A DNA stretch of 48,161 bases from a bacterium (GCA_037144015.1 JBAWXQ010000001.1:1-48161), one strand, 5' to 3'. Positions 8,092 through 18,569 are shown, counted from the first letter of the stretch. The notes: generated by a model from the sequence alone, not told the origin. A program made the numbers and translations.

Positions 8092-8846
8092 CAGATGCGG
8101 ATCAGACCGCGCGGGATGTTGCCCCGGCCGACCTGGAGGCTGTCGACCTGGTCAAGCAGTACCGGGGGCGGGCCGTAGTCAACGGCGTGTCGCTGCGCGT
8201 GCGCTGCGGCGAGATTGTCGGGCTGCTGGGGCCGAACGGCGCCGGGAAAACCACCAGCTTCTACATGGTGGTTGGTCTGGTGCGTCCCAACAGCGGCACG
8301 ATTATCTACCGCGGCCAGAACATCTCCCGTCTGCCGGTCTTCCGGCGCGCCCGCATGGGGCTGGGGTACCTGGCGCAGGAGGCTTCCGTTTTCCGCAAGC
8401 TCACCGTGGAGGAGAATCTGCTGGCCATCCTCGAGACCCTTTCGCTCTCGGCGGCACAGCGGCGCGCCCGCCTGGAAGAGCTGCTGGCGCAGCTTTCGCT
8501 GACCCGGGTGGCCCGGCAGCGCGCCTACACGCTCAGTGGCGGCGAGCGGCGCAAGCTGGAGATTGCCCGCGCCCTGGTGCGGCGTCCGGCCATCCTGATG
8601 CTGGACGAGCCGTTCAGCGGCGTGGACCCGCTGGCGGTGAATGACATCCAGGAGATTATCAAAGGGTTGCGCAGCCGCGGGCTGGGCATCATCGTGACCG
8701 ACCACAACGTGCGTGAGACGCTGGCCATCGTGGACCGGGCCTACCTGGTCTACGAGGGCAAGGTGCTGCGCGAGGGAACCAGCGAATTTCTGATCAACGA
8801 CCCCACCGCCCGGGAGCTGTATCTCGGGCGCAGTTTTCGCATGTGA
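8088..8846 (+). CDS. lptB: LPS export ABC transporter ATP-binding protein LptB
   Basis: Walker A GPNGAGKTT, signature LSGGERRKLEIARAL, Walker B ILMLDEPFSGVDP, and LptB-type C-terminus ARELYLGRSF. Confidence 0.95.
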   Translation: MTDADQTARDVAPADLEAVDLVKQYRGRAVVNGVSLRVRCGEIVGLLGPNGAGKTTSFYMVVGLVRPNSGTIIYRGQNISRLPVFRRARMGLGYLAQEASVFRKLTVEENLLAILETLSLSAAQRRARLEELLAQLSLTRVARQRAYTLSGGERRKLEIARALVRRPAILMLDEPFSGVDPLAVNDIQEIIKGLRSRGLGIIVTDHNVRETLAIVDRAYLVYEGKVLREGTSEFLINDPTARELYLGRSFRM

Positions 8847-8915
8847 CACACGCCCCGGTGTGCGCGTCGCCCTGGCGGCGGCCCGCCCCCGGACCGGCAA
8901 ACAAGGAGAGCAGAC

Positions 8916-9221
8916 ATGGCCATTGAAATCACCGCCCGCCACCTCCGCATCAGCGAGGGCCAGCAGCAGTTCGCGCGCGATAAGGCGGAGCAGCTGATCG
9001 CCGAGTTCCCCAAGATTGAACACGTGCACGTGATCCTGGACATCCAGCGGCACCAGTTCAGCGCCGAGTTCGTCGTGCAGCACAAGGGGCTGGCGAAGGT
9101 CGAAGCCAGGGAAGACTGCGATGACCTCGTGGCCGGAATCGACCTGGCCTATGAAAAGGTGGAGAAACAGCTGCGCAAACACCGCGATAAGGTCGTGGAC
9201 AGCCACCACCAGCGGGCCTGA
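8916..9221 (+). CDS. hpf: Ribosome hibernation promoting factor, short form (HPF/RaiA family)
   Basis: MAIEITARHLRISEGQQQFARDKAEQL...LAYEKVEKQLRKHRDK. AAGGAGAG SD. Confidence 0.9.
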   Translation: MAIEITARHLRISEGQQQFARDKAEQLIAEFPKIEHVHVILDIQRHQFSAEFVVQHKGLAKVEAREDCDDLVAGIDLAYEKVEKQLRKHRDKVVDSHHQRA

Positions 9222-9407
9222 CGGCCGGCGGTGGATTTCTTTCACCGGATCGTCATTCCTGTTGCACCCGGGCGCGATTTGGTGAATATTGTGTGGAAGC
9301 GACGGTGTCCGGGCGCTCCTTGCGCCAGTCCGGCTGGACTGGTTTACAAGCCCCGGCGGGATAGACCCGTTGCCGTCGGGCCCTGCCTGCGGAGAGAACG
9401 AGCATCG

Positions 9408-9693
9408 ATGAAACTGTCGGCCGAACAACGCGAAACACGTGACTTCGTACTGCGCAACCGCTATGGCATGCACGTGCGGCCGGCCGGGTTGTTTGCCAAG
9501 GTCGCGGCGCGCTTCAATGCCGAGGTTCAGGTCGAGAAGGACGGCAGCGTGGTTTCCGGCAAGAGCATCATGGCCCTGATGACGCTGGATGCGGCCTGCG
9601 GCTCCACCCTCCGCGTGTCAGCCGCCGGACCCCAGGCCTCGGAAGTCCTGGATGAACTGCAGGGACTGATCGCACGCAAGTTCGACATCCCCG

Positions 9694-9704
<11 letters not shown>
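9408..9704 (+). CDS. ptsH: Phosphocarrier protein HPr / NPr (98 aa)
   Basis: Active-site context NRYGMHVRPAG (His) and GKSIMALMTL (Ser46-type). GGAGAG SD. The track ORF from 9231 is an extension. Confidence 0.85.
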
Positions 9705-11477
<1,773 letters not shown>

Positions 11478-11481
<4 letters not shown>

Positions 11482-11537
11482 CAGCTTGTCGGATTTAGCG
11501 CTTACCTTTACAAACTTTGTGCCGACCAAACTGCTAG
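11478..11537 (+). repeat. Family-P palindromic element, copy P2 (60 bp)
   Basis: CTAGCAGCTTGTCGGATTTAGCG...CAAACTTTGTGCCGACCAAACTGCTAG. First CTAG contains the ptsI TAG stop. Confidence 0.9.
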
Positions 11538-11598
11538 TTTTGGGGACGCAACCGCCAAGCGCCGGACAACAGTGTCATGCGCTACCAAAAGAGTAACC
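11538..11598 (+). repeat. G-module extension shared by P2 and P4
   Basis: TTTTGGGGACGCAACCGCCAAGCGCCGGACAACAGTG...CAAAAGAG aligns with 30542-30605. Confidence 0.8.
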
Positions 11599-11681
11599 CT
11601 ATACGGCGCAGTAGATGGCCGTTGTTGAGGCTCAAGGTTCAGATCCTGCCGGCAATACGCTGGAGCCGTCAGTCCCCCGGC

Positions 11682-12746
11682 TCACCTGGCATCCAGCTGC
11701 CGCAGCATTTCCACGACGACCTGCCCCACGGCGGTCAGGCTGGTGGCGGAAAGTTTGTCCAGCGTGTCGTCGGGCGTGTGCCAGTAGTCGTGCCGCCCGG
11801 GGGCGCTGCCGTAGACGAAGTCAATCAGGTCCACCGCCGGGAATCCGGCGTCGAGAAACGCCTGGTGGTCATCGAGGATCCGCCGGTCGGCGAGGCGGAA
11901 GCTGTTGCGAACGCCGGCTGTTTTCGCCGCCTCCAGTGCCAGGAGCGTCAGGTGCAGGGTGCCGTTGTCCGGCAGCGTGATGGAGAGGTCGCGGTCGCCG
12001 ACCATGTCCAGCAGGATCACGGCGCGGATGTGCCGTTTTCCCGCCGCGAGCTGTGCGGCGAGCCGGTGGCTGCCATGGAATCCGTCGCGCGGGCCGTACT
12101 GCACGCGGCACTCTTCGCCGTCGAGAAAGCCGAACAGCACGTGGCACTGGCGCAGCGGCGTGCTGCCAAGCACCCGGGCAAGCTCCAGCAGCAGGCCGGT
12201 GGACGATCCGCCGTCGTTCGCGCCGACAAAATTGGTGCTGATGCCGCTCTTGGTGTCGAAGTGCGAGAGCAGCACGATGCAACCGCCCGGCGTTTCCACA
12301 GGTGGCCCGTGCGCTCCGCGCGCGGGCAAGTGACGGGACTGCTGCAGGTCGTGTGCGCTGCCCGTGCGCGGAGCGCCCGGGCCACCTTCCGTACGCGGCA
12401 GAATAGTGGCCAGCACGTTGCGGCAGACGAGGGGGCCGGCGGGGGTCTCGTTGGTAAAGGTGTCGATGCCCGCGGCGAGACCGTGGCGCTGCAGTTCGGC
12501 AGCCAGCCACTGCGCGGTGCGCGCGGCGCCGGGCGTGCCGGCATCGCGCGGCCCCAGCGTGCAAAGAGCGGCCACGCGCGCCAGGGCGTTGGAGCCGTTG
12601 GCGGCGGTGAAGGGAATTGCGGCGGAAAGCATCGCGGGTGCCCGGGAAACCGGCGCCGGGTCACAGGCGCATGTCAGGGCGATGAGGCAGGCGACGGTGC
12701 CGCCCAGGCGAATCACAGAATATCGAATATCGGGCCGCAGACGCAT
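11682..12746 (-). CDS. M28 family metallopeptidase (aminopeptidase / glutaminyl-cyclase-like), probably secreted
   Basis: NDGGSSTGLLLELARVL, FLDGEE, LLDMVGDRD and YWHTPDDTLDKL metal-ligand motifs. Start taken at MRLRPD because the upstream part of the track ORF runs through repeat K2. Confidence 0.8.
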   Translation of the reverse strand: MRLRPDIRYSVIRLGGTVACLIALTCACDPAPVSRAPAMLSAAIPFTAANGSNALARVAALCTLGPRDAGTPGAARTAQWLAAELQRHGLAAGIDTFTNETPAGPLVCRNVLATILPRTEGGPGAPRTGSAHDLQQSRHLPARGAHGPPVETPGGCIVLLSHFDTKSGISTNFVGANDGGSSTGLLLELARVLGSTPLRQCHVLFGFLDGEECRVQYGPRDGFHGSHRLAAQLAAGKRHIRAVILLDMVGDRDLSITLPDNGTLHLTLLALEAAKTAGVRNSFRLADRRILDDHQAFLDAGFPAVDLIDFVYGSAPGRHDYWHTPDDTLDKLSATSLTAVGQVVVEMLRQLDAR

Positions 12747-12783
12747 GCACTCCCTGCAATCGATTGCTCGGCACGGAAAATTC

Positions 12784-13006
12784 AAGGCGGGCGTCAGCCC
12801 GCAACCCGACAATTGCACAACTCGAGGACACTGAGAGCACCAAGAGTAACAGAGATCACAGAGAAATTCCCGACTGCGGCCGGCGATTCGGCCGCAGCAG
12901 TATGAATTCTCTCTGTGCTCTCTATCTTTCTCTGTGACCTCTGTGTCCTTCCACTTGGATGCCCAACATACACGCAAAAACGTGTATGTTGACTGGAAAG
13001 GTGCTA
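12784..13006 (+). repeat. K-family composite element, full copy K2 (~223 bp)
   Basis: Left hairpin GCGGGC-GTCA-GCCCGC. Imperfect palindrome of CACAGAG/CTCTGTG arms around CTGCGGCCG-GCGATT-CGGCCGCAG. Right hairpin ACATACACG-N6-CGTGTATGT. Alignable by eye over its full length with 34756-34981. Confidence 0.9.
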
Positions 13007-14005
13007 ATCGACTTCGACGCCCAGGAGCCCGAGCAGCCGGTCAAGGTCGTCGTTGTCGTAGAAGTCGATCTCGATGCGCCCCTTGCTGCGCTTGCCGTTG
13101 GCGTGGGTCATGCTGGGGGTGAGCCGCACGGACGTGCTGAACCGGCTGTGGAGCCGGTCGGACAGATGCTTGAGATGGCTGTCCGGAATGTCGGCCTGGG
13201 GGCCGCGCTTGTCGCTGCTGCGCGCCTGCTGGCGGCGCTGGAGCAGCCGCTCGAGGGCGCGGACCGTGAGGCCGTCGGTCACGCACTTGCGGGAAAGGAG
13301 CACCTGCTCCTTGGCCTCCGCCACGCCGAGCAGCACCTTGGCATGGCCGGAGCTGAGAAGCGTGGCTCCGATCAGCTGCTTGACCTCGTCCGGGAGCTCC
13401 AGCAGACGCATCGCATTGGCCACGCTGGCGCGGGCCTTGCCCACGCGGTCAGCCACATCCTGCTGGGTCAGGCCGAACTTCTCCGCCAGCGTGCGGTAGC
13501 CCTCCGCTTCCTCGATGGCGTTGAGGTCTTCGCGCTGGATGTTTTCGATGATGGCCATCTCGGCCGCGTCGCGGTCCGCCGCCTCGATCAGGATCACCGG
13601 AACCTGCCCCAGGCCGGCCAGCATGGCGGCGCGCAGGCGGCGCTCGCCCGCGATCAGTTCATAGCCGCCGGCCGCGCCGCGCCGGCAAATGAGCGGCTGG
13701 ATCACGCCGTGGGTCTTGATGGAGTCGGTCAGGTCCTTGAGCGCAGCCTCGTCAAACGTCTGCCGCGGCTGCCAGGTGCTGCGGCTGATGTCGGCCACAG
13801 GGAGCAGCGCCACATGGCGCCCGTCGGCGCGCGGCGCAGCCGGGTGCGTGCCGGCTGCCGGTGCGGACGCTGCCGCCTCTTTGCCGTCCAGGCCCGCGGG
13901 AACGCTGTCCCGGGTCGGTTCTGCGGGGTGCTGGCCGATCAGTGCGCCCAGGCCGCGGCCCAGGCCGGGACGCGGACGGTTGTTTTTCTTGGACGTGGTG
14001 CTCAT
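13004..14005 (-). CDS. parB: Chromosome partitioning protein ParB/Spo0J
   Basis: GLGRGLGALI, GVIQPLI, ELIAGERRLRAA (CTP-binding arginine patch), IIENIQREDL and HTH LTQQDVADRVGKARASVANAMRLL. Confidence 0.9.
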   Translation of the reverse strand: MSTTSKKNNRPRPGLGRGLGALIGQHPAEPTRDSVPAGLDGKEAAASAPAAGTHPAAPRADGRHVALLPVADISRSTWQPRQTFDEAALKDLTDSIKTHGVIQPLICRRGAAGGYELIAGERRLRAAMLAGLGQVPVILIEAADRDAAEMAIIENIQREDLNAIEEAEGYRTLAEKFGLTQQDVADRVGKARASVANAMRLLELPDEVKQLIGATLLSSGHAKVLLGVAEAKEQVLLSRKCVTDGLTVRALERLLQRRQQARSSDKRGPQADIPDSHLKHLSDRLHSRFSTSVRLTPSMTHANGKRSKGRIEIDFYDNDDLDRLLGLLGVEVD

Positions 14006-14029
14006 GGGTGCTCCATCGCGGGCGGGCGT

Positions 14030-15085
14030 CTAGGGGTAAATTCCGGGCCGCAGGAGACCGAGCGTCTCGGGCAGTCCGCACATCAGGTTCATGTTCTGCA
14101 GGGCGGACCCGGCCTGCCCCTTCATCAGGTTGTCAATGTAGGAGACGATCCGGAGACGGTTGACGCGGCTGTCCACGCTGACGACGAGGTTGCAGAAGTT
14201 GGTGCCGCGCACGTGCAGCGTGCCAATGGCGGCCTTGCTGTCGAAGACGCGCACGAACGGGCTCTCGCGGTAGAACTCGCGGTAGATCGCCAGCACGTTG
14301 GCTTCGGTGGCGGGGCGGGTGAGCGTGCCGTAGAGCGTCGACAGGATGCCGCGGCAGACGGGCACAACCTGCGCCGTGAACGTGACCCGCACGTCACGGC
14401 CGGCCAGGAGGGTAAGCTCGCGCTCGACCTCGCAGACGTGCTGGTGTCCGGCCAGCTTGTAGGCGTTCATCTGCTCGTAGCGCGCCGGATAGTGGAACGT
14501 GGGGCTGACTTTCTTGCCTGCGCCGGAGACGCCGGTCTTGCAGTCGCAGATGATGCTGAGCGGCTCCACCAGGGCGTCCCGGGCGGCAGGGGCGAGACCG
14601 AGGATGCAGCTCACGGCAAAGCAGCCCGGGTTGCCGACGACGCGCGCCTGGCGGATCGCGGCGCGGTGCAGCTCCGCCAGGCCATAGGCGTTCGAGCCCA
14701 GCAGCTGCGGCGAGGCGTGCGCCGGGTCCGCGCCGATGCGGCGGGAGTACTCGGCAAAGGCCTCGGGCGTGGTGAAGCGGAAGTCGCCGCTGTAATCGAT
14801 CACCCGGGCGCCGCACGCCAGCGCGGCGGGTGCGGCCTGCATGCCAACCCGGTCCGGCGTGGCGCAGAAAACCACGTCCACCGGCTCCTGGGCACGGGGG
14901 TCGTCCGGTGCAAGCACCGGCAGGTCGCAGAACCCCGCAAGGTGCGGATAAACCTGGCTGATGGGTTGCCCGACATCCTCGCGCGCCACCAGCGTCACCA
15001 GGCTGGCCTCGGGATGCTGGAGCAGCAGCTCCGTGATTCCGATGCCGCCGTAGCCTGTTGCGCCGATGACCTTCACCCTGACCAT
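14030..15085 (-). CDS. argC: N-acetyl-gamma-glutamyl-phosphate reductase
   Basis: VIGATGYGGIGITELL, active-site region GNPGCFAVSCILGLAP, and IVSYIDNLMKGQAGSALQNMN. Confidence 0.95.
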   Translation of the reverse strand: MVRVKVIGATGYGGIGITELLLQHPEASLVTLVAREDVGQPISQVYPHLAGFCDLPVLAPDDPRAQEPVDVVFCATPDRVGMQAAPAALACGARVIDYSGDFRFTTPEAFAEYSRRIGADPAHASPQLLGSNAYGLAELHRAAIRQARVVGNPGCFAVSCILGLAPAARDALVEPLSIICDCKTGVSGAGKKVSPTFHYPARYEQMNAYKLAGHQHVCEVERELTLLAGRDVRVTFTAQVVPVCRGILSTLYGTLTRPATEANVLAIYREFYRESPFVRVFDSKAAIGTLHVRGTNFCNLVVSVDSRVNRLRIVSYIDNLMKGQAGSALQNMNLMCGLPETLGLLRPGIYP

Positions 15086-15189
15086 GGGACAGCGACTCCT
15101 TCGGGGTTCTACACATTCGGAATTGTGTTACTATGTACTCCCTGCGCTGATTGTGTCAAGGATTCGCGCGGAAAGGACCTGAGCCGGCC

Positions 15190-16788
15190 ATGCGGATTGA
15201 GACCTGCGACTATTTTGTGGCTGGCAGCGGCATCGCCGGCCTGATGAGCGCCCTCCACCTGGCCCCGCACGGACGCGTGCTGCTGGCCACCAAGAAGGAT
15301 TCGGCCGAAAGCAACACCAATTACGCCCAGGGCGGCATTGCCTGCGTCATGGATCCGGGCGACAGCTTTGAGCAGCATGTGGCCGACACGCTGGACGCGG
15401 GCGCGGGGCTGTGCGACGAGCCGGTGGTGCGGCGTATTGTGACCGATGCGCCGGCGCGCATCGCCGAGCTGCAAAAGCTCGGCGTGCAGTTTGCCGCGCG
15501 CGCCGACGGCCAGCCCGGGTACGACCTGGGGCGCGAGGGCGGCCATTCCAACCGCCGCGTGCTGCACGCCGGCGACATCACCGGGCAGCAGATCGAAGGC
15601 GCGCTGCTGCACGCCGTGCAGACGCACCCCAACATCCGCCTCGTGGATCATGCGCTGCTCATCGACCTGATCACCACCCACTGGCTGCGCCGGCCGGGCG
15701 ACAACCGCTGCGTGGGCGCCTACGTGCTCGACCGCCGCAGCGGCGAAATTTTCGCCGTGCGCGCACCCTGGACCATCCTCGCCACCGGCGGCTGCGGCAA
15801 GGTCTACCTCTACACCAGCAACCCGGACATCGCCACCGGCGACGGCGTGGCCGTGGCCTGGCGCGCCGGGGCGGCCGTGGCCAACATGGAGTTCATCCAG
15901 TTCCACCCCACCTGCCTCTACCACCCCAAGGCGAAGAGCTTCCTGATCAGCGAGGCCGTGCGCGGCGAGGGCGCCGAACTGGTGGACCGCGAGGGGCGCC
16001 CCTTCATGACGCGCTACGACCCGCGCGGATCCCTGGCCCCGCGTGACATCGTCGCCCGCGCCATCGACGCGGAGATGAAGCGCACGGCCGCGCCCTACTG
16101 CTGCCTCGACATCCGCCACAAGACGCGGGCGTTCCTGCAGACGCGATTTCCAAACATCTATGCCTCCTGCGAACGCTTCGGCATCGACATGGCGGCGGAC
16201 CTGATTCCGGTGGTGCCCGCCGCGCACTACTGCTGCGGCGGCGTGCAGGCGGGGGTGGATGGCGTCACGTCGCTTCCCGGCCTGCTGGCCGTGGGCGAAG
16301 TGGCCAGCACCGGGCTGCACGGCGCCAACCGGCTGGCCAGCAATTCCCTGCTCGAGGCGCTGGTCTGCGCCCACGCCATGGCGGACCGGCTGGTCGGGCG
16401 GCCGCGACCGCCGGCCGTGGACCAGGCCAGGATCCCGGACTGGGAATACGGCGACGCCGTGCCCAGCGACGAGCAGGTGGTGGTGTCGCACAACTGGAAC
16501 GAAGTGCGCACCAACATGTGGGACTATGTCGGCATCGTGCGCACCAACAAGCGGCTGGAGCGCGCGCAGCGCCGCATCCGCATGCTGCGCGAGGAGATCC
16601 GGCAGTATTACTTCGATTACCTGGTCACCGCCGACATGCTGGAACTGCGCAACATCGCCGACGCGTCGGAGCTCATCGTGCGCAGCGCCATGCGCCGCCA
16701 CGAGAGCCGCGGCCTGCACTACACGCTGGACTTCCCGGACAAGCTGACGCAGGCGCGCGACACGGTGCTGGCCGGACGGAAAAGCTAG
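15190..16788 (+). CDS. nadB: L-aspartate oxidase
   Basis: FAD fold VAGSGIAGL, NTNYAQGGIA, HPTCLYHP, LISEAVRGEGA and GLHGANRLASNSLLE. Confidence 0.95.
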   Translation: MRIETCDYFVAGSGIAGLMSALHLAPHGRVLLATKKDSAESNTNYAQGGIACVMDPGDSFEQHVADTLDAGAGLCDEPVVRRIVTDAPARIAELQKLGVQFAARADGQPGYDLGREGGHSNRRVLHAGDITGQQIEGALLHAVQTHPNIRLVDHALLIDLITTHWLRRPGDNRCVGAYVLDRRSGEIFAVRAPWTILATGGCGKVYLYTSNPDIATGDGVAVAWRAGAAVANMEFIQFHPTCLYHPKAKSFLISEAVRGEGAELVDREGRPFMTRYDPRGSLAPRDIVARAIDAEMKRTAAPYCCLDIRHKTRAFLQTRFPNIYASCERFGIDMAADLIPVVPAAHYCCGGVQAGVDGVTSLPGLLAVGEVASTGLHGANRLASNSLLEALVCAHAMADRLVGRPRPPAVDQARIPDWEYGDAVPSDEQVVVSHNWNEVRTNMWDYVGIVRTNKRLERAQRRIRMLREEIRQYYFDYLVTADMLELRNIADASELIVRSAMRRHESRGLHYTLDFPDKLTQARDTVLAGRKS

Positions 16789-16824
16789 AGACAGGCCGCC
16801 GCCCCATTTAATTTTGATTCGCGC

Positions 16825-16854
16825 TTGATTCTTTCAGCCTGATGCCCGTATATT
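16825..16854 (+). promoter_or_regulatory. Sigma-70-type promoter candidate for tRNA-Asp (TTGATT-18 nt-TATATT)
   Basis: -35 at 16825-16830, -10 at 16849-16854, 15 nt before the tRNA 5' end. AT-rich UP-like tract upstream. Confidence 0.5.
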
Positions 16855-16869
16855 ACCGAACTGCTTTGC

Positions 16870-16946
16870 GGGGACGTGGCGCAATTGGTTAGCGCACCGG
16901 ACTGTCGATCCGGAAGTTGCGGGTTCGAACCCCGTCGTCCTCGCCA
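16870..16946 (+). tRNA. tRNA-Asp (anticodon GTC), CCA encoded
   Basis: Cloverleaf folded by hand: acceptor GGGGACG/CGTCCTC, anticodon stem CCGGA/TCCGG with loop CTGTCGA, T-loop TTCGAAC. 77 nt. Confidence 0.9.
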
Positions 16947-16984
16947 TTTTCTTTTCGGGAGGGCCCGCAAGCGCCGGGTGACCC

Positions 16985-17563
16985 ATGCACAAGCCCAATC
17001 CCAAACGGATCGAGAAGCTTGTACGGCAACTCCTCGTCGAACTGGGAGAAGATCCGCAGCGCGAAGGGTTGCGCGACACGCCGCAGCGCGTGGCCCGCTC
17101 CTATGAGTTCCTGACCAGCGGCTACCGCCAGTCTCCCCGCCACGTGGTCAACGAGGCGATCTTCGAGTCGCACGCGAACAACATGATCATCGTGCGCGAC
17201 ATCGAGGTTTATTCCCTTTGCGAGCACCACCTGCTGCCCTTCTACGGCCGGTGCCACGTGGGCTACGTGGCGGAGGACAAGGTTGTCGGCGTCAGCAAGA
17301 TTGCGCGGCTCGTGGATTGCTTCGCGCGCCGGTTGCAGGTGCAGGAGCGCCTCACCGAACAGGTGGCCGAGGCGGTCATGACGATGGCCGGTGCCGAAGG
17401 CGTCGGTGTGGTCATGGAATGCCGTCACCTGTGCATGATGATGCGCGGCGTGCAGAAGCAGAACTCCGTGATGACGACATCCTCCGTGCTCGGCAGTTTC
17501 CGCCGCCGCGGCACCACGCGCGCCGAGTTTCTCAGCCTGATCAATGCGCCGTTCCGCGGGTAA
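16985..17563 (+). CDS. folE: GTP cyclohydrolase I
   Basis: [30 protein letters not shown] and QVQERLT motifs. Confidence 0.95.
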   Translation: MHKPNPKRIEKLVRQLLVELGEDPQREGLRDTPQRVARSYEFLTSGYRQSPRHVVNEAIFESHANNMIIVRDIEVYSLCEHHLLPFYGRCHVGYVAEDKVVGVSKIARLVDCFARRLQVQERLTEQVAEAVMTMAGAEGVGVVMECRHLCMMMRGVQKQNSVMTTSSVLGSFRRRGTTRAEFLSLINAPFRG

Positions 17564-17624
17564 GCTTCGTGCTGTTTCAGTCCGGGCAACCGGAGTGCGG
17601 CCGGGCGGAAAAGGAAACACGCAC

Positions 17625-18512
17625 ATGAAGCCCGCCCCCGTGCATACCACCGTCGGCTTCATCGGCACCGGCGTCATGGGGCGATCCATGGCCGGGCATC
17701 TGCTGGATGCCGGGCATCACCTGCTGGTCTATAACCGGTCCCGTGACAAGGCCGGCGACCTGCTCCGGCGCGGTGCCGTGTGGTGCGACACGCCCGCCGC
17801 CCTGGCCGCCGGATGCGATGTGGTGTTCACCATCGTCGGGTTTCCCGCGGATGTGGCGGAGGTCTACCTCGGCGGGCACGGGCTGGTGGCGCATGCCCGG
17901 CCGGGCGCCGTCCTGGTCGACATGACCACCTCCAGCCCGTCCCAGGCAGAGCAGATTGCGGCCGCGGCCGCGGCGCGCGGCGTCTTCGCGCTGGATGCGC
18001 CGGTCACCGGCGGTGACAAGGGCGCACGCGAGGCCACGCTGGCCATTCTGGTTGGCGGTGACCCGGCGGCTTTTGCGCACGTGCGGCCGCTGCTGGCGCT
18101 CATGGGAAAAACGATCGTGCACCTGGGCGCGGCCGGCTGCGGCCAGCACGCGAAGCTGGCCAACCAGATCGCCATTGCCGGCACGATTCAGGGCGTGTGC
18201 GAGGCGCTGGCCTATGCGCAGGGCATGGGGCTCGATACCGCCAGGCTGCTGGATGCGATCGACAGCGGCGCGGCCGGCAGCTGGCAGCTGCGCAACGTCG
18301 GCCCCAAGATGCTGAGCGGCGACTTCGCCCCGGGCTTTTTCGTGAAGCATTTTGTCAAGGACATGACCCTGGCCCTGGATGCGGCGAGCCGCGCCGGCAT
18401 CGAACTGCCGGCGCTGAAGCTCGCGCGGGATCGCTACGCCGAGTTGGCCACCGCCGGCGGGGCGGAACTCGGCACGCAGGGGATTTTTCGCGAATACGAC
18501 GAAAAATCCTAG
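17625..18512 (+). CDS. NAD(P)-dependent oxidoreductase, 3-hydroxyisobutyrate/2-hydroxy-3-oxopropionate reductase family
   Basis: Rossmann VGFIGTGVMGRSMAGHL. DAPVTGGDKGAREATLAILVGG. KLANQIAIAG. KDMTLALD. Start at the ATG at 17625 after AAGGAAA. Confidence 0.85.
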   Translation: MKPAPVHTTVGFIGTGVMGRSMAGHLLDAGHHLLVYNRSRDKAGDLLRRGAVWCDTPAALAAGCDVVFTIVGFPADVAEVYLGGHGLVAHARPGAVLVDMTTSSPSQAEQIAAAAAARGVFALDAPVTGGDKGAREATLAILVGGDPAAFAHVRPLLALMGKTIVHLGAAGCGQHAKLANQIAIAGTIQGVCEALAYAQGMGLDTARLLDAIDSGAAGSWQLRNVGPKMLSGDFAPGFFVKHFVKDMTLALDAASRAGIELPALKLARDRYAELATAGGAELGTQGIFREYDEKS

Positions 18513-18569
18513 CAGCCGGGTCGGCAGACGATGGCTGTCTCCACACGGCTAAGCCCGACTGGCTGCTAG
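18509..18569 (-). repeat. Family-P palindromic element, copy P3 (61 bp, inverted relative to P1)
   Basis: The reverse complement starts CTAGCAGCCAGTCGGGCTTAGCC, 22/23 identical to P1. The left CTAG holds the plus-strand TAG at 18510-18512. The right CTAG holds the minus-strand TAG at 18568-18566. Confidence 0.9.

Noticed and set aside
12969-12990. Palindrome AACATACACG-N6-CGTGTATGTT next to parB as a parS site
   Set aside because: It does not resemble the parS consensus and is a module of the dispersed K repeat (second copy at 34942-34967).
12959-15244. 761-aa plus-strand ORF
   Set aside because: Antisense to parB and argC, and begins inside repeat K2.
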